Positions 1 to 14,282 of a DNA stretch of 64,000 bases are shown here, in pieces. The stretch's first letter is position 1. Each line of letters begins with the position of its first letter. Location of the stretch: assembly GCA_963773065.1 (NCBI GenBank), contig CAVYZN010000032.1, positions 315,526 to 379,525 of the forward strand, read 5' to 3'. The translations under genes were made by a program, and so were the position numbers. Source of the stretch: an uncultured Gammaproteobacteria bacterium (GTDB taxonomy: Bacteria > Pseudomonadota > Gammaproteobacteria > UBA9214). The notes beneath the pieces were generated by a model. It saw nothing but the letters and a program-made list of their open reading frames with translations. It was not told the origin of the DNA and did not search any database.

Positions 1-3000
1 ACAGACAGGGACTCGATGCCGTCATCCGTGAAATCGCCACCGATATGACTGACGTCAGGGAGCGTATCGATAACTATATCAAGATGCCGGATAGGCGCGA
101 TGTACTTGCCGGCGTGCCGGTGATTCTCGATCGGGTCAGGGGTAGTCTGCTGCTGGCGGAACAGGAGCGTGCCGCGGGTCTGGTCACGCAGATCTGCGAT
201 TACATCTCGCAAGAGTTGATCGCTGCTGCGCAGGTTCCTGATGATCGGCAGATGGATACCCTTGCCGATGCCATTTGCGGTATCGAATATTATGTCGAGG
301 CACTGAAGGAAAACCCCAGCCCTGGCGGCAGGCTGCTTGATGTCGCGGAACAGAGTTTGGCCAATTTGGTTTATTCATCAGTATCTCGCGGGATGCAAGC
401 ACGTGCGGGGCAAGCGGGTAGAGTCGCGGTTTCCTTCACCGTCCATCCTGCTGTGCCGGATGCGCCTGTCATCACCGCTCTCCAGGTTATTGCCGATGAT
501 GTAGACAGGGAAATACTCGATGTATTTATCGAGGAGGCCGAGGCGGAAATCGCTCTGCTTGCTCACCTGCTTCCCAAGTGCATGACCGATGCGGGGAACG
601 GCGAAATGCTGGAAACTATCCGCCGGGCGTTACACACCCTCAAGGGAAGTGGCCGCATGGTTGGCGCCATGGCCCTGGGTGAATTCGCCTGGAGCTTCGA
701 GCGTCTCCTCAAGCAGTTTATGGATGCATCGGCCGGTTCCGGCGAGGAGCAGCTCAAGTTGCTGGCGCGGGTAACCGGTCCACTGTCGCAATTACTGGAA
801 CAGATCAAGGGAGGACCGGCACCCGAAGCGGATGTCAATGACCTGGTTGTACAGGCAGTCAGGCTGATGCATCCCGGCACGCCGCGAGCCCGCCCGCTCT
901 GCTGGCGAGGCGCCCGCGGCTACGGATCCAACAGCGGCTAGCAAGACTGTTGACGATATAGAGGCAACACCAGCGGTGCATGAGCGCATCAATGCCGCCG
1001 TCGGCCGATGCCGAAGCAGTCACCGTGACAGTGGTAAATGAATTGCCGGTACTGTCCCAGAATGCGGACCCGGAGATTGTCGAGATATTTCTGGAAGAAG
1101 CTGCCGATGAGCTGGCGGCGATTTCAGAAAACCTGCCGCAATGGATCAACAACCCCCGCAACCAGGAGGCGCTGGCGAGGGTACGCCGGGCATTCCACAC
1201 CCTCAAAGGCAGTGGCCGCATGGCAGGAGCCATGGTTGTCGGCGAGTTTTCCTGGGCGATAGAAAGCCTTCTGAATCGTGTCATCGACGGATCAATCGAG
1301 GTAAGCGGTGATCTCATGGCGTTTCTCGGCCAGGTATCCACACCCTTATCCGAGCTAATCAGTCAGGTCAATGGTGGTGTCGAACCGGTTGCTGATTTCC
1401 GTGCGGTCATGGAGGCCGCTCAGAAACTGACGCATGGCGAATGCAACATGCTGCCGGGACCCGGTGTCGAGACCGGCATAACGGGGGCGCCGGCGGGTGT
1501 CGCGGCGCAGTCCGGAGTGTATGCCGAAGACGCTGAGCCGGAACTGCTCGAAATCTTCGGGCGGGAATGCCGGGATCATCTGAATTCGATGCGCACCTTC
1601 ATCGACGGTTGCGAGCATGGTGATAAAGCCTGCCATGTCTCGGAGCCACTCTACCGCGCGTTGCATACCCTGGCGGGTATTGCGGAGTCTGCGCAAGTGC
1701 CCTTCATCAAAATGCTGGCCGGTGAGCTCTATAGCTATTTCGGGGCGGTGGAAGAGGCGCAACAGCCAGCCGGACGCGATGCCGTAGAGGTACTCAGGGC
1801 ATGCACGGCGGCGATGTCAGAGCTTGTCGACAGGCTACCTGACACCACATTCGATGCACAACTGCTGCAATCGTTGCAGGAACGCATCCGGTGCCTGCCG
1901 CGGATTGAAGCCCAGGAGCAGCCTTCCGGGGAAGGGGCGCTCTTTCAGGATGTCCCTCAGGAAGAACCGGTTGAGGCGAATGGCGGCGATACCGGGCCGG
2001 TTCCGTATACCACCGCACCGACGGTTGCAGTCGAGCCGGTTGCGGCTGCGGCAGCAGACCTTGCAACGCCGGCCCGGGCCGTTGACCATTATGCCCATCT
2101 GGATGCCGAGTTGCTCGAGGTCTTCCTGGAGGAAGCGGGAGAGATCATTGAAAGCAGCGAGTCCACCCTGCATGCCTGGGTGGAGGATCCCGGCCACCGG
2201 GAGCTGATAAATGAATTCCAGCGCCAGTTGCATACCTTGAAAGGCGGTGCCCGCATGGTCGATATCACCGCCATCGGCAACTTGAGCCACAGCCTGGAAA
2301 CGCTCCTGACGCGGGTTGTCGACGGGCATGTCGAGACTTCCGATCGGTTGTTCGGGCTGCTGCAGCATGCGCACGACCGTCTCGCCGACATGTTCGAGAA
2401 GGTCAAGGCCCGTGAAGTCCCGGACAACGTTGAGGAGCTGGTGGAACAACTGAACCGCCTTGGTCATGAGGATGAGGCTGCCGTGGCCGAAGCGACGGTA
2501 GCGGAGGTAGCGGGACAGGTTGAATCCGAAGTATCGACCCAGACGGGGCAAGAGTACGTCGCCCCGCTCGGGCAGGACCGGCAAGACATCGCCGGCACTC
2601 TGGATGTACCGGTAGCGGCCGTGGTGTTCGATGCCGTCGACCAGGTGCTTGCAGGGGGATCTCCGCCCGATACTCTCAGGGAGGGCGAGGTCATGCCGCG
2701 CCAGCCTGAACGGCGCAAGGCATCGCGTGTGCGTGGTGAACAGGTACGCGTGCAGGCGGAACTGCTCGACAGCCTGGTTAACTATGCAGGCGAAATCAAC
2801 ATTTACCGCGCCCGTCTGGATCAGCAAATCGGCGTTTACCGGTTCAACCTTGCCGAGCTGCACCAGACCATCAACCGCGTGCGCGACCAGTTGCGTCAAT
2901 TCGAGATCGAAACGGAAACCCAGATACTGCACCGGTTCGAGCGGGAAGCCGAAGACCGGAATCTTGACTTCGATCCGCTGGAAATGGACCGCTATTCGAA

Positions 3001-4583
3001 CCTGCAGCAGTTGTCACGTTCGCTGGTGGAGACGATCAGCGATCTGCACAGCATCCAGGAACTGCTGGACAACACGACACGGGAAACGGAATCGCTGTTG
3101 CTGCAGCAATCGCGCGTCAGCACGGATCTGCAGGAAGGACTGATGCGGGCGCGCATGATTCCGTTTGCCGGACTCGCCCCGCGCTTGCGGCGTATCGTGC
3201 GCCAGGCCGCCGAGGAGCTGGGCAAGAAGGTCGAGCTTACGCTCGATGGCGCCGATGGCGAGATGGACCGTAACGTGATCGAAAGGATCATCGCACCGCT
3301 TGAGCATATGTTGCGCAATGCCGTCGATCACGGCATCGAACAGCCGGGACAGCGCAGGGAAGCGGGCAAGCCGGAGACGGGTACGGTCAGGATTGCCTTT
3401 CACCGGGAGGGTCCGGAAATCGTGCTCCAGGTCGCGGATGACGGCAGGGGTATCAACCATGAAGCCGTACGCGAGCGGGCCGTTGAACGCGGCCTGATTG
3501 CAGAGCATGCGCAACTCACTGACAGCGAAATCATGCAGTTCGTAGTGCAGACGGGCTTCAGCACGGCCGCCAAGGTGACTCAGATTTCAGGGCGTGGCGT
3601 GGGCATGGATGTCGTGAACAGCGAGGTCAAGCAGCTTGGCGGCTCGCTGCATATCGCTTCCAGCCCCGGCAGGGGCAGTATTTTCACCATACGCCTGCCG
3701 TACACCCTGGCAATCAACCAGGCGCTGCTGGTCAGGGCGGGAGAGGACACGTACTGTGTTCCGCTCGGCACGATCGAAGGCGTAGTCCGCGTCGATGCGG
3801 AGATTCTTTCAGAATGCTACAAGACGCCGGGATGCGGCCTACCGGTATGCGGGCAACGCCTATCAGTTGCATCATCTCGGGACATTGCTGAAGCGTGGCA
3901 GCATGAATCTGGAGGGAGCGCAGGGACGCATACCGGTGCTGCTGGCTCGCATCGGCGAAAAACGGCTTGCCCTGCAGGTGGAGGCACTCATCGGCAATCG
4001 TGAAATCGTGGTCAAGCCGCTGGGCGCGCAACTGAGCAGCGTACACGGGGTATCGGGCGCCACGATCCTCGGTGACGGCCGCGTCATTCTCATTCTGGAT
4101 ATGGCGGCTGTGGGCCGCATGGCCGTCAAGCCGCAGGCGCCGTCGATGGCGGCTGAAAGAAGCGCCAGTGAAAGGCTGCTGGTCATGGTGGTCGATGATT
4201 CGATTACCGTGCGCAAGGTGACGACCCGCCTGCTGGAACGCTACGGGTTTGACGTGATGACGGCGAAGGACGGCGTGGACGCCATGAGCCTGCTGCAGGA
4301 TCGCATTCCCGATGTCATGCTGCTCGACATAGAGATGCCGCGCATGGACGGTTTTGAGCTTGCCAGGCACGTACGCAATGATGAACGGCTGCGGCATATC
4401 CCGATCACCATCATTACTTCACGCACCGGCGACAAGCACCGCGAACGGGCAATGCAGATCGGCGTAAACCATTACCTCGGCAAACCATTCCAGGAACATG
4501 AACTGCTGAAAACCATACATCGCCTGATCGGCATACCCATGACGGATGAACAGGACCAGGCCGATGTTTACGGTCAGGCTTAA
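1..4583 (+). CDS. chpA: Pil-Chp chemosensory histidine kinase ChpA/PilL (multiple Hpt, HATPase, CheW, receiver); 5'-partial, split by frameshifts near 900-940 and 3830
   Basis: ORFs 45-941, 980-4003 and 3795-4583 carry Hpt motifs (RRALHTLKGSGRM, RRAFHTLKGSGRM, YRALHTLAG, QRQLHTLKGGARM), HMLRNAVDHGIE, SGRGVGMDVV, CheW GATILGDG and receiver VVDDSITVRK...DIEMPRMDG. Confidence 0.92.
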
Positions 4584-4610
4584 ACCCGCACACCTGCGAG
4601 GAACCATCAA

Positions 4611-5075
4611 ATGAGCATCATCCCGGATCAGGTCCGCACACTGTGGATACCGTTGCGTGAGGTAAACCTGCTGCTGCCGCATGTGGCGGTCGCGGAAGTT
4701 GGCAATTACCGTGTGCCGGACAAGCAACACGATACGCCGGATTGGCTGCTGGGTACGATGGACTGGCGTGGCCAGATAATCCCGGTGGTATCGCTCGAAC
4801 TGCTGTGCGGGGACAAGATTCCGGCCAACCTGGTTTATTCGCGCCTCATAATCATCAATTCCGTACGGACTAACAGTCCGGTGCGCCACTACGCCATCGT
4901 GGCGGCAGGTCTGCCGCGCCCGGTTCAGTTTGATAACACGGTCGTGGATGATGTCGAGACCTGCGACCTGCCGGCATTGCAATGTCGTGTGTACGTCGGC
5001 CGTGAGCGGGCGGTGATACCGGACCTTGATTACCTGCAGGGGCTGCTGGAGCAGCACTGGCGTGCAGCGGCCTGA
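4611..5075 (+). CDS. chpC: CheW-like protein (ChpC type)
   Basis: LLLPHVAVAEV and WLLGTMDWRGQIIPVVSLE CheW signature; directly after chpA. Confidence 0.8.
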   Translation: MSIIPDQVRTLWIPLREVNLLLPHVAVAEVGNYRVPDKQHDTPDWLLGTMDWRGQIIPVVSLELLCGDKIPANLVYSRLIIINSVRTNSPVRHYAIVAAGLPRPVQFDNTVVDDVETCDLPALQCRVYVGRERAVIPDLDYLQGLLEQHWRAAA

Positions 5076-5171
5076 GTAAGACTGCCTGCCGCGGTTCGCA
5101 CGGGAGCGGGCGTTTATCTCCTGCCCATGCCCAGGAAGGCAGCGCGGGCGGGCGGGTGCCGCAAACGGCTC

Positions 5172-5908
5172 TCAGCGCAAGTCACCCCACAAGGCCTGCA
5201 GGCCGGCAAGCATGGCCAGGGCGGCGGTTTCCGTACGCAGGATGCGCGGCCCAAGCCGCACGACGCTGAATCCCGCTGCCGCTGCCAGTCTCGTCTCCTC
5301 GGCGCTGATACCGCCTTCCGGCCCCACCAGCAACAGGATGGAATCACCAGGAGGCTGCATATCGCCCAGTGATTGTTGCGCGTCAGGGTTTAGCAGTACA
5401 CGGCAGCCATAGCGGCGACCGGCATTCAGCCAGGACTGGTATTCAGCCGGTGTTTCCAGCGCCGGCAGGGTGGCGCGTCCGCATTGCTCACAGGCGCTGA
5501 TTACCACGCCCTGCCAGTGGCGCATGCGTTTCTCCAGCCGGTCGCCCTTGGGGCGCGTCTGACTGCGTGCAGTCCACAGCGGTTGCACGGCCGTGACTCC
5601 CAGTTCGACGGCCTTTTGCAGGATTAGGTCCATGCGGTCTCCGCGCGGAATCCCTTGGGCGAGGGTGATCGCGAGCCGCGGCTCGGGAATGCTCGCCGCC
5701 GCCTTGCCCACCTCGATCATCACCACGCGCGCGCCTTACCTCGAGGATCGATCGCCTCGTGCTCGCACCCTTGTCCGTTGAAAACCTTCACTGCCGCGCC
5801 GGGACGCAGGCGCAGTACGTGCGTGACATGGTGGGCGGCCTGTTCGCCGAGTCCCAGGATTTCTCCCTGGGCAAGAGGCTGCGGCAGGTAGAGTCGTGGT
5901 ACGCGCAT
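5172..5908 (-). CDS. rsmE: 16S rRNA m3U1498 methyltransferase RsmE (frameshift near 5740)
   Basis: MRVPRLY...HVLRL N-terminus; QKAVELGV, ACEQCGR, VGPEGG, LGPRILRTETA. Confidence 0.93.
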
Positions 5909-5915
5909 GGCGTGC

Positions 5916-7267
5916 TCAGGTTCGTGGTGGCCTGGTCGATGCCGCTTAGCGCCACCTCGGCCAGCAGGGCGATTTCATCCGGGGCGATGACGTAGGGCGG
6001 CATGAAATAGACGACGTTGCCGAGCGGCCGCAGCAGCACGCCGTGGGCGAGGGCGTATTGATAAACATCGAGCCCGCGCCGTTCCTGCCAGGGGTAGGGC
6101 GTGCGGCTGCGCTTCTCGCGCACCATCTCGATCGCGAGGATCATGCCGGTCTGCCGGACTTCGCCGACATGCGGGTGTTCGCCGATGGGCGCGGCGGCCT
6201 GCTGCATGGCGGCCGCGAGCGCTTTGTTCTTCTCGATGACTTCACCATCCCCGAACAGATCGAGCGTGGCCAGGGCGGCGCGGCAGCCGAGCGGGTTGCC
6301 GGTGTAGCTGTGGGAATGCAGGAACGCCTTCAGCCGGCGGTAGTCGTCGTAGAAAGCAGTCGTAGATGGCATTGCGCGTCAGCACCACGGAGAGCGGCAG
6401 ATAACCGCCGGTGAGCCCCTTGGACAGGCACAGGAAGTCGGGCGTGATGCCGGCCTGTTCGCAGGCGAACAGGGTGCCGGTGCGGCCGAATCCCACGGCG
6501 ATCTCGTCGGCGATCAGGTGCACGCCATAGTGGTCGCAGGCATCACGCAGCAAGGCGAGGTATACCGGGTCATACATGCGCATGCCGCCCGCGCACTGTA
6601 CCAGCGGCTCGATGATGACGGCGCAGATCTCATCGGCATGCTGCGCCAGGGTTCTCTCCATGGGTTCGAATTGACGCACGCTGCAATCATGCCAGGATTC
6701 GCCGGGTTCACGGTGATAGCAGTCGGGCGAGGGCACCGTAATGGTTTCCATCAGCAGCGGTCCGTAGGTCTGCCGGTAGAGTTCGACGCCGCCGACGGCC
6801 AGTGCGCCGAGGGTCTCACCGTGGTAGCTGTTGGCCAGGGTGACGAACCGGGTTTTGCCGGGTTTGTTCTGGTTCAGCCAGGCATGGAAACTCATCTTGA
6901 GCGCGACCTCGATGGCGGAGGAGCCGTTGTCGGCGTAAAAGCAGCGCTCCAGGCCGGGCGGCGTGATGGCGATCAGGCGCTCCGAGAGTTCAATAACGGC
7001 TTCGTGGGTGAAGCCGGCGAGCAGGACATGCTCCAGGGTTTCGAGCTGCGCGTTGAGCGCGGCATTGATGTGCGGGTGGCTGTGCCCGAACAGGTTGACC
7101 CACCAGGAACTGATGGCGTCGAGGTAGCGGTTGCCGTCGAAGTCCTCCAGCCAGACGCCCTTGCCCCTGCGCACCGGTATGAGCGGCAGCCATTCGTGGT
7201 CCTTCATCTGTGTGCAGGGATGCCACACAGCGGCGAGGTCACGCCGGACGAGGTCGATATTCGGCAT
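5916..7267 (-). CDS. bioA: adenosylmethionine-8-amino-7-oxononanoate aminotransferase (frameshift near 6360; 3' end approximate)
   Basis: [69 protein letters not shown]. Confidence 0.93.
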
Positions 7268-7401
7268 GGCTGGCAATATACAAGACTAGGACGGATTTAC
7301 TAAGGTCTTCGTTGGTGGAGCACGACATTGCAGCGGCAAGACCCGGGATCGGCTTGTGAGAAAAAGCCGAATATACGTCGCGTGGCGGGCTCGTGCGCCG
7401 C

Positions 7402-8259
7402 CTACCTGCCGCCCAGCCCCAGGTTCTTCCAGATGGCCATCGAGGGCTCGGCGCGATTGAGGGTGTAGAAATGCAGCCCCGGGGCGCCCTGTTCCAGCAG
7501 CCTTGCGCACAGCCGGGTGACGACGTCCATGCCGAAGGCGCGGATCGAATCGCTGTCATCATCAAAGGTTTCCAGGCGTTTGCGTATCCAGCGCGGAATT
7601 TCCGCCCCGCAGACATCCGAGAAACGCGCCAGTTGATGGTAGTTGGTGATCGGCATGATTCCGGGCACGATGGGAATGTCGATGCCCAGCCGTTCGCAAC
7701 GCTCGACGAAGTGAAAGTACGCATCGGGGTTGTAGAAATACTGGGTGATGGCGCTGTCCGCGCCGGCTTCGATTTTACGTTTGAAATTGTCCAGGTCCCG
7801 GTCGGGGCTGCTTGCCTGGGGGTGGTACTCGGGATAGGCGGCCACTTCGACGTGGAAGTGGTTTCCGGTTTCCTCGCGGATGAAGGTGACCAGTTCATTG
7901 GCGTAGCGGAAATCGCCGGGTTCAACCATGCCCGAGGGCATGTCCCCGCGCAGCGCCACGATGTGCCGGATGCCCTTTTCCCGGTAGGCGTGCAGCATCT
8001 CGCGGATGTTCTCACGCGTGGAACTGATGCAGGAGATGTGCGGCGCCGCATCGATACCGGATGACTCGTGGAGATCGACGACGGTCTCGAACGTGCGGTC
8101 GCGCGTGGAACCGCCCGCGCCGAAGGTTACCGAGAAAAAACGCGGCTTCAGTCCGGCGAGGATCTGGCTGGTGGTTTCCAGTTTGATGACGCCGTCCCGG
8201 GTCTTGGGCGGGAAGAATTCGAAGCTGAAAACCGGTTGGTATTTTTTCTGGGATTCCAT
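7402..8259 (-). CDS. metF: 5,10-methylenetetrahydrofolate reductase
   Basis: FSFEFFPPK, SVTFGAGGS, ALRGD, AAYPEYHP, AITQYF, LHFYTLN. Confidence 0.96.
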   Translation of the reverse strand: MESQKKYQPVFSFEFFPPKTRDGVIKLETTSQILAGLKPRFFSVTFGAGGSTRDRTFETVVDLHESSGIDAAPHISCISSTRENIREMLHAYREKGIRHIVALRGDMPSGMVEPGDFRYANELVTFIREETGNHFHVEVAAYPEYHPQASSPDRDLDNFKRKIEAGADSAITQYFYNPDAYFHFVERCERLGIDIPIVPGIMPITNYHQLARFSDVCGAEIPRWIRKRLETFDDDSDSIRAFGMDVVTRLCARLLEQGAPGLHFYTLNRAEPSMAIWKNLGLGGR

Positions 8260-8374
8260 GGCTCGGACCGCACGGTTAGCGGGAGGCTGTTCATGCCGGG
8301 GGCTGGAAAGGCGCCTTACCGGCCCCGTGTAAGTACGGCGGGGCCATTACGTTGAAGCACTCTGTGGCCCGCGG

Positions 8375-9793
<1,419 letters not shown>

Positions 9794-9811
9794 GCTCTGC
9801 CTCGTGTATCC

Positions 9812-10993
9812 TCAGACGACACTTTCCATGTTGTGCAGGCCGGCCGCATCGCGCAGCGCCTCGGCCAGGTCGGTCCGTTCCCAACTGAATGCCTCATCCT
9901 CACGGCCGAAATGACCATAGGCCGCCGTGGCCTGGTAGATAGGCCTCAGCAGATCCAGCATCTTGATCAGGCCCCGCGGACGCAGGTCGAAGTATTCCCG
10001 GACCAGTTGCACCAGGCGCCCCTCGTCGATTTGTCCGGTGCCGAAGGTGTTGATGCTGATCGAGGTGGGTTCGGCCACGCCGATGGCGTAGGAGACCTGG
10101 AGTTCGCAGCGTTCCGCCAGCCCGGCGGCGACGATGTTCTTCGCGACATAGCGGGCGGCATAGGCGGCCGAACGATCCACCTTGCTCGGGTCCTTGCCGG
10201 AGAAGGCGCCGCCGCCGTGGCGGGCCATGCCGCCGTAGGTGTCGACGATGATCTTGCGGCCGGTCAGTCCGCAGTCGCCCATCGGCCCGCCGATGACGAA
10301 GCGCCCGGTTGGGTTGATGAAAAAGCGGGTGTCCTTGTCCAACCATTCCGCCGGCAGTACGGGCAGGATGATTTCATCCATGACGGCTTCGCGGATGGTC
10401 TTCAGGCTCATCTCCGGCCCGTGCTGGGTGGAGAGTACCACGGCATCGACGCCGGCAGGACGGCCCTTGTCATAGCGGAAAGTCACCTGGCTCTTGGCAT
10501 CGGGGCGCAGCCAGGGCAGGGTGCCGTTCTTGCGCACCTCGGCCTGGCGTTTGACCAGGCGGTGGGCGTAGGTGATCGGGGCGGGCATCAGGACGTCGGT
10601 TTCATCGGAGGCATAGCCGAACATCAGGCCCTGGTCACCGGCGCCCTGTTCATGGTCCTCGCGTTCATCCACCCCCATGGCGATATCCGCGGACTGCTTG
10701 CCGATGGCGTTGAGCACCGCGCAGGAGGCCCAGTCGAAGCCGATTTCCGAGCTGTTGTAGCCGATGTCCCGGACCGTGTGGCGCACGATCTCTTCCAGGT
10801 CGACCCACGCCGACGTGGTGACTTCACCGGCGATGATTACCATGCCGGTCTTGACCAGGGTTTCGCAGGCCACGCGCGCACGCGCATCCTGCCCCAGTAT
10901 GGCGTCCAGAATCGCGTCGGAAATCTGGTCGGCGACCTTGTCCGGGTGCCCTTCGGAGACGGATTCGGAGGTAAAGGTCTGAAAGCTTTTCAT
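9812..10993 (-). CDS. metK: S-adenosylmethionine synthetase
   Basis: [37 protein letters not shown]. Confidence 0.98.
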   Translation of the reverse strand: MKSFQTFTSESVSEGHPDKVADQISDAILDAILGQDARARVACETLVKTGMVIIAGEVTTSAWVDLEEIVRHTVRDIGYNSSEIGFDWASCAVLNAIGKQSADIAMGVDEREDHEQGAGDQGLMFGYASDETDVLMPAPITYAHRLVKRQAEVRKNGTLPWLRPDAKSQVTFRYDKGRPAGVDAVVLSTQHGPEMSLKTIREAVMDEIILPVLPAEWLDKDTRFFINPTGRFVIGGPMGDCGLTGRKIIVDTYGGMARHGGGAFSGKDPSKVDRSAAYAARYVAKNIVAAGLAERCELQVSYAIGVAEPTSISINTFGTGQIDEGRLVQLVREYFDLRPRGLIKMLDLLRPIYQATAAYGHFGREDEAFSWERTDLAEALRDAAGLHNMESVV

Positions 10994-11117
10994 GTCTCTG
11001 TCCTGCGGCTGCTAATCAAGGTGAAAGCGCACAAGTCTACCCTACGATGGTGATATTTTCATCCCTCGCGACTTTTCCTAGAGTTGCGGCTCATTACCAG
11101 GTGGGAGAATGCTTGCG

Positions 11118-11688
11118 ATGGTCAGTCTGCAAACACCGGTTTGTGAGTTCGGCAAAGCGGCGATCGATTTCTCGCTGCCCGGCACCGATGGCAGGGTCTG
11201 GACACCGGCCGATTGCCGTGGGCCCAAGGGGCTGCTGGTGATGTTCATCTGCAACCACTGCCCCTATGTCAAGGCCGTGCGCGCACGCCTGTTGCGCGAT
11301 GCCCGTGAACTGCGGGAACTGGGGGTCGGCAGTGTGGCAATCATGTCCAACGATCCCGCGCAATACGCGGAGGACAGTTTCGAGAACATGCGGCGCGATC
11401 GCGCGCGAATTTGCCTTTCCGTTTCCTTATCTATTCGATGAATCACAGGCGGTGGCCAGGGCCTATGGCGCGGTCTGTACGCCGGATTTCTTCGGCTATA
11501 ACAGCCGGCTGGAACTGCAATACCGGGGCCGCCTGGACGCAAGCGGCAAGGAAACGGCGCCCGCGGACGCGCGCCGGGAGCTGTTTGAGGCCATGCGCCT
11601 GGTGGCTGAAACCGGGCAGGGTCCCAGTGAGCAGATACCGGGTATCGGCTGCTCGATCAAGTGGCGCGAAGCAACGCTCCAAGGCTGA
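11118..11688 (+). CDS. thioredoxin/AhpC-TSA family protein (frameshift near 11400)
   Basis: LLVMFICNHCPYVK, then FPYLFDESQAVARAYGAVCTPDFF and GCSIKW in the next frame. Confidence 0.88.
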
Positions 11689-11867
11689 GAGCCTGTGAAA
11701 ATATCGCCAGCCTGCTGCGGACGCCGCTTTGCGGCTGTGGCGGCGTTGCGCCACGCGAAAACTTCGGTGAGTTTGGCGCGCCAAATGACCGAAGTTTTCG
11801 CGCAGCGCGCCTTGCCTCGCACGCAAATCAACGCCCTCGCGACGGCCGTCGATATTTTCACAGGCTC
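11689..11867. mobile_element. 179-bp MITE with 18-bp terminal inverted repeats and a TGA target duplication (IS5/IS1031-like ends)
   Basis: gagcctgtgaaaatatcg ... cgatattttcacaggctc flanked by TGA on both sides (11686-11688, 11868-11870); internal hairpin 11754-11802. Confidence 0.8.
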
Positions 11868-12217
11868 TGAGTCAATCTCGGCATAAGTTATTGTCAGGGG
11901 ATGACAAGTCCTGGCATCAGCCTGCCCCGGCAGGATCATCTCCGCTATTGCCGTAGGGGGCAAACTAGGGGAAAATGACGCGCTTTGTCGATCCGGGATG
12001 TATACCTGGTTGGCGGCGGGATCGGCGCTCCCGGGATAACCCAGCGAATTTCGTGGTGGTCAACTGCTCCGGTGCCATGAATGGCGCCAGAGCTTTTTTT
12101 TCCACTCCATCCGTGATCATGGCGGCTCCGGTCGCGGGTGTAGGCAACACTTTTTCACCGTCGCCACGGCGGGTCGTGGCGCGTAAATACAGCTTTCAAT
12201 CTGGACAGGAGGATTTC

Positions 12218-14209
12218 ATGGCCCAGCGCAGAGAACTCGCCAATGCCATCCGGGCGCTCAGTATGGACGCCGTGCAGAAGGCCAAATCCGGCCATCCCGG
12301 CGCGCCGATGGGCATGGCGGACATCGCCGAAGTCTTGTGGAACGACTATCTCAAGCACAACCCGGCCAACCCGAAGTGGTACGACCGCGACCGTTTCATA
12401 CTCTCCAACGGCCACGGTTCCATGCTGATCTATTCGTTGCTGCACCTGACCGGCTATGACATGAACATCGAGGACCTCAAGCAGTTCCGCCAACTGCATT
12501 CCAGGACGCCGGGTCATCCCGAATACGGTTACGCCCCCGGCGTGGAAACCACCACCGGGCCGCTCGGCCAGGGTATCACCAACGCCGTCGGCATGGCCGT
12601 GGCGGAGAAGACCCTGGCGGCACAGTTCAACCGTGACGGCCACAAGATCGTCGATCACTACACCTATGTCTTCCTCGGCGACGGCTGCCTGATGGAAGGC
12701 ATCTCCCACGAGGCCTGCTCGCTCGCCGGCACCATGAAACTCGGCAAACTGATCGCCTTCTGGGATAACAACGGCATCTCGATCGACGGCCACGTGGAAG
12801 GCTGGTTCACCGACGACACCCCAAAGCGCTTCGAGGCGTACCACTGGCACGTGGTGCGCGATGTGGACGGGCACGACCCCGAATCGATCCGCAGGGCCAT
12901 CGAGGAAGCGCGCTCGGTCACGGACAAGCCCAGCCTGATCTGCTGCAAGACCGTGATCGGCTACGGCGCGCCGAACCTGGCCGGCACGCACGATTGCCAT
13001 GGCGCCCCGCTGGGGGATGACGAGATCGCCGCCACCCGCGACAACATCGGCTGGCCGCATCCCCCCTTCGTGGTGCCGGATGAGATCTATGCGGGGTGGA
13101 ATGCCCGGAATAAGGGCGCCAAAGCCGAGCAGGAGTGGAATACGCGTTTTGCCGCCTACAAGAAGGCCCATTCCGAGCAGGCGGCCGAATTCGAACGTCG
13201 CATGGCGGGCAAGCTGCCGGCGAACTGGGACGACAAGGCGGCGGAGTTCATCGCCGCCGTCGATAAAAAGGCCGAAAACATCGCCTCGCGCAAGGCCTCG
13301 CAGAATGCCTTGAACGGCTATGGCCCCTTGCTGCCGGAACTGCTGGGCGGTTCGGCCGACCTGGCCGGTTCCAACCTGACCATCTGGTCCGGGTCGCAGG
13401 ATATCAACAAGGGCAACGGCGGCAATTACATCTACTACGGCGTGCGTGAGTTCGGCATGTCCGCCATCACCAACGGCATCGCCCTGCACGGCGGCTTCAT
13501 TCCCTACGGCGCCACCTTCCTGATGTTTTCCGAGTATGCCCGCAACGCCCTGCGCATGGCGGCGCTCATGAAGGCGCACAGCCTCTTCGTCTATACCCAT
13601 GACTCCATCGGCCTGGGCGAAGACGGCCCGACGCACCAGGCGGTCGAACAGACCGCGACCCTGCGACTGATTCCGCGCATGTCGGTGTGGCGGCCCTGTG
13701 ACGCGGTGGAATCGGCCGTCGCCTGGAAGGCGGCCATCGACCGCACGGGCGGCCCGAGCTGCCTGATCTTCTCGCGCCAGAACTTAAAACACATGAGCCG
13801 CACGGCAAACCAGATCGCCGCCATCCGCCGCGGCGGCTACGTGCTGTTCGACTGCAAGGGAACCCCGGAGGCCATCATCATCGGCACCGGTTCGGAGGTC
13901 GGCCTGGCGATGGAAGCCGCCAGGGCGCTCACTGAGAAGGGGCGCAAGGTTCGCGTGATCTCCATGCCGTCAACCGATGCGTTCGATGCCCAGGATGCGG
14001 CCTACCGGGAGTCCGTCCTGCCGGCGGCCGTGACGGCGCGGGTTGCCGTGGAGGCCGGGGTTACCGATTACTGGCGCAAGTATGTGGGGCTGAACGGGAA
14101 GGTTATCGGCATCGACAGCTTCGGTGAGTCCGCGCCGGCTGATCACGTCTACAAGCACTTCGGCATTACCACGGAGAACGTCATCAAGGCGGTCGAGGCC
14201 GTGCTGTAA
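12218..14209 (+). CDS. tkt: transketolase
   Basis: [28 protein letters not shown] after a GGAGG RBS; [38 protein letters not shown]. Confidence 0.97.
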   Translation: MAQRRELANAIRALSMDAVQKAKSGHPGAPMGMADIAEVLWNDYLKHNPANPKWYDRDRFILSNGHGSMLIYSLLHLTGYDMNIEDLKQFRQLHSRTPGHPEYGYAPGVETTTGPLGQGITNAVGMAVAEKTLAAQFNRDGHKIVDHYTYVFLGDGCLMEGISHEACSLAGTMKLGKLIAFWDNNGISIDGHVEGWFTDDTPKRFEAYHWHVVRDVDGHDPESIRRAIEEARSVTDKPSLICCKTVIGYGAPNLAGTHDCHGAPLGDDEIAATRDNIGWPHPPFVVPDEIYAGWNARNKGAKAEQEWNTRFAAYKKAHSEQAAEFERRMAGKLPANWDDKAAEFIAAVDKKAENIASRKASQNALNGYGPLLPELLGGSADLAGSNLTIWSGSQDINKGNGGNYIYYGVREFGMSAITNGIALHGGFIPYGATFLMFSEYARNALRMAALMKAHSLFVYTHDSIGLGEDGPTHQAVEQTATLRLIPRMSVWRPCDAVESAVAWKAAIDRTGGPSCLIFSRQNLKHMSRTANQIAAIRRGGYVLFDCKGTPEAIIIGTGSEVGLAMEAARALTEKGRKVRVISMPSTDAFDAQDAAYRESVLPAAVTARVAVEAGVTDYWRKYVGLNGKVIGIDSFGESAPADHVYKHFGITTENVIKAVEAVL

Positions 14210-14282
14210 GGCGCGGTGGTAGCCGCGACAGACAACAGTTTTTTCGATTACCCGTCAAGCATAATGTTAAGGAGAAAACCCA

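Noticed and set aside
880-3850. Programmed frameshifting or natural splitting of chpA
   Set aside because: The same kind of indel occurs in many unrelated genes, so sequencing error is the simpler explanation
10994-11110. SAM/SAH riboswitch upstream of metK-ahcY
   Set aside because: Expected from context, but I could not see the consensus elements
11955-12000. c-di-GMP-I riboswitch (ggcaaac...gaaa...gacgc)
   Set aside because: The pairing strand and second stem are missing
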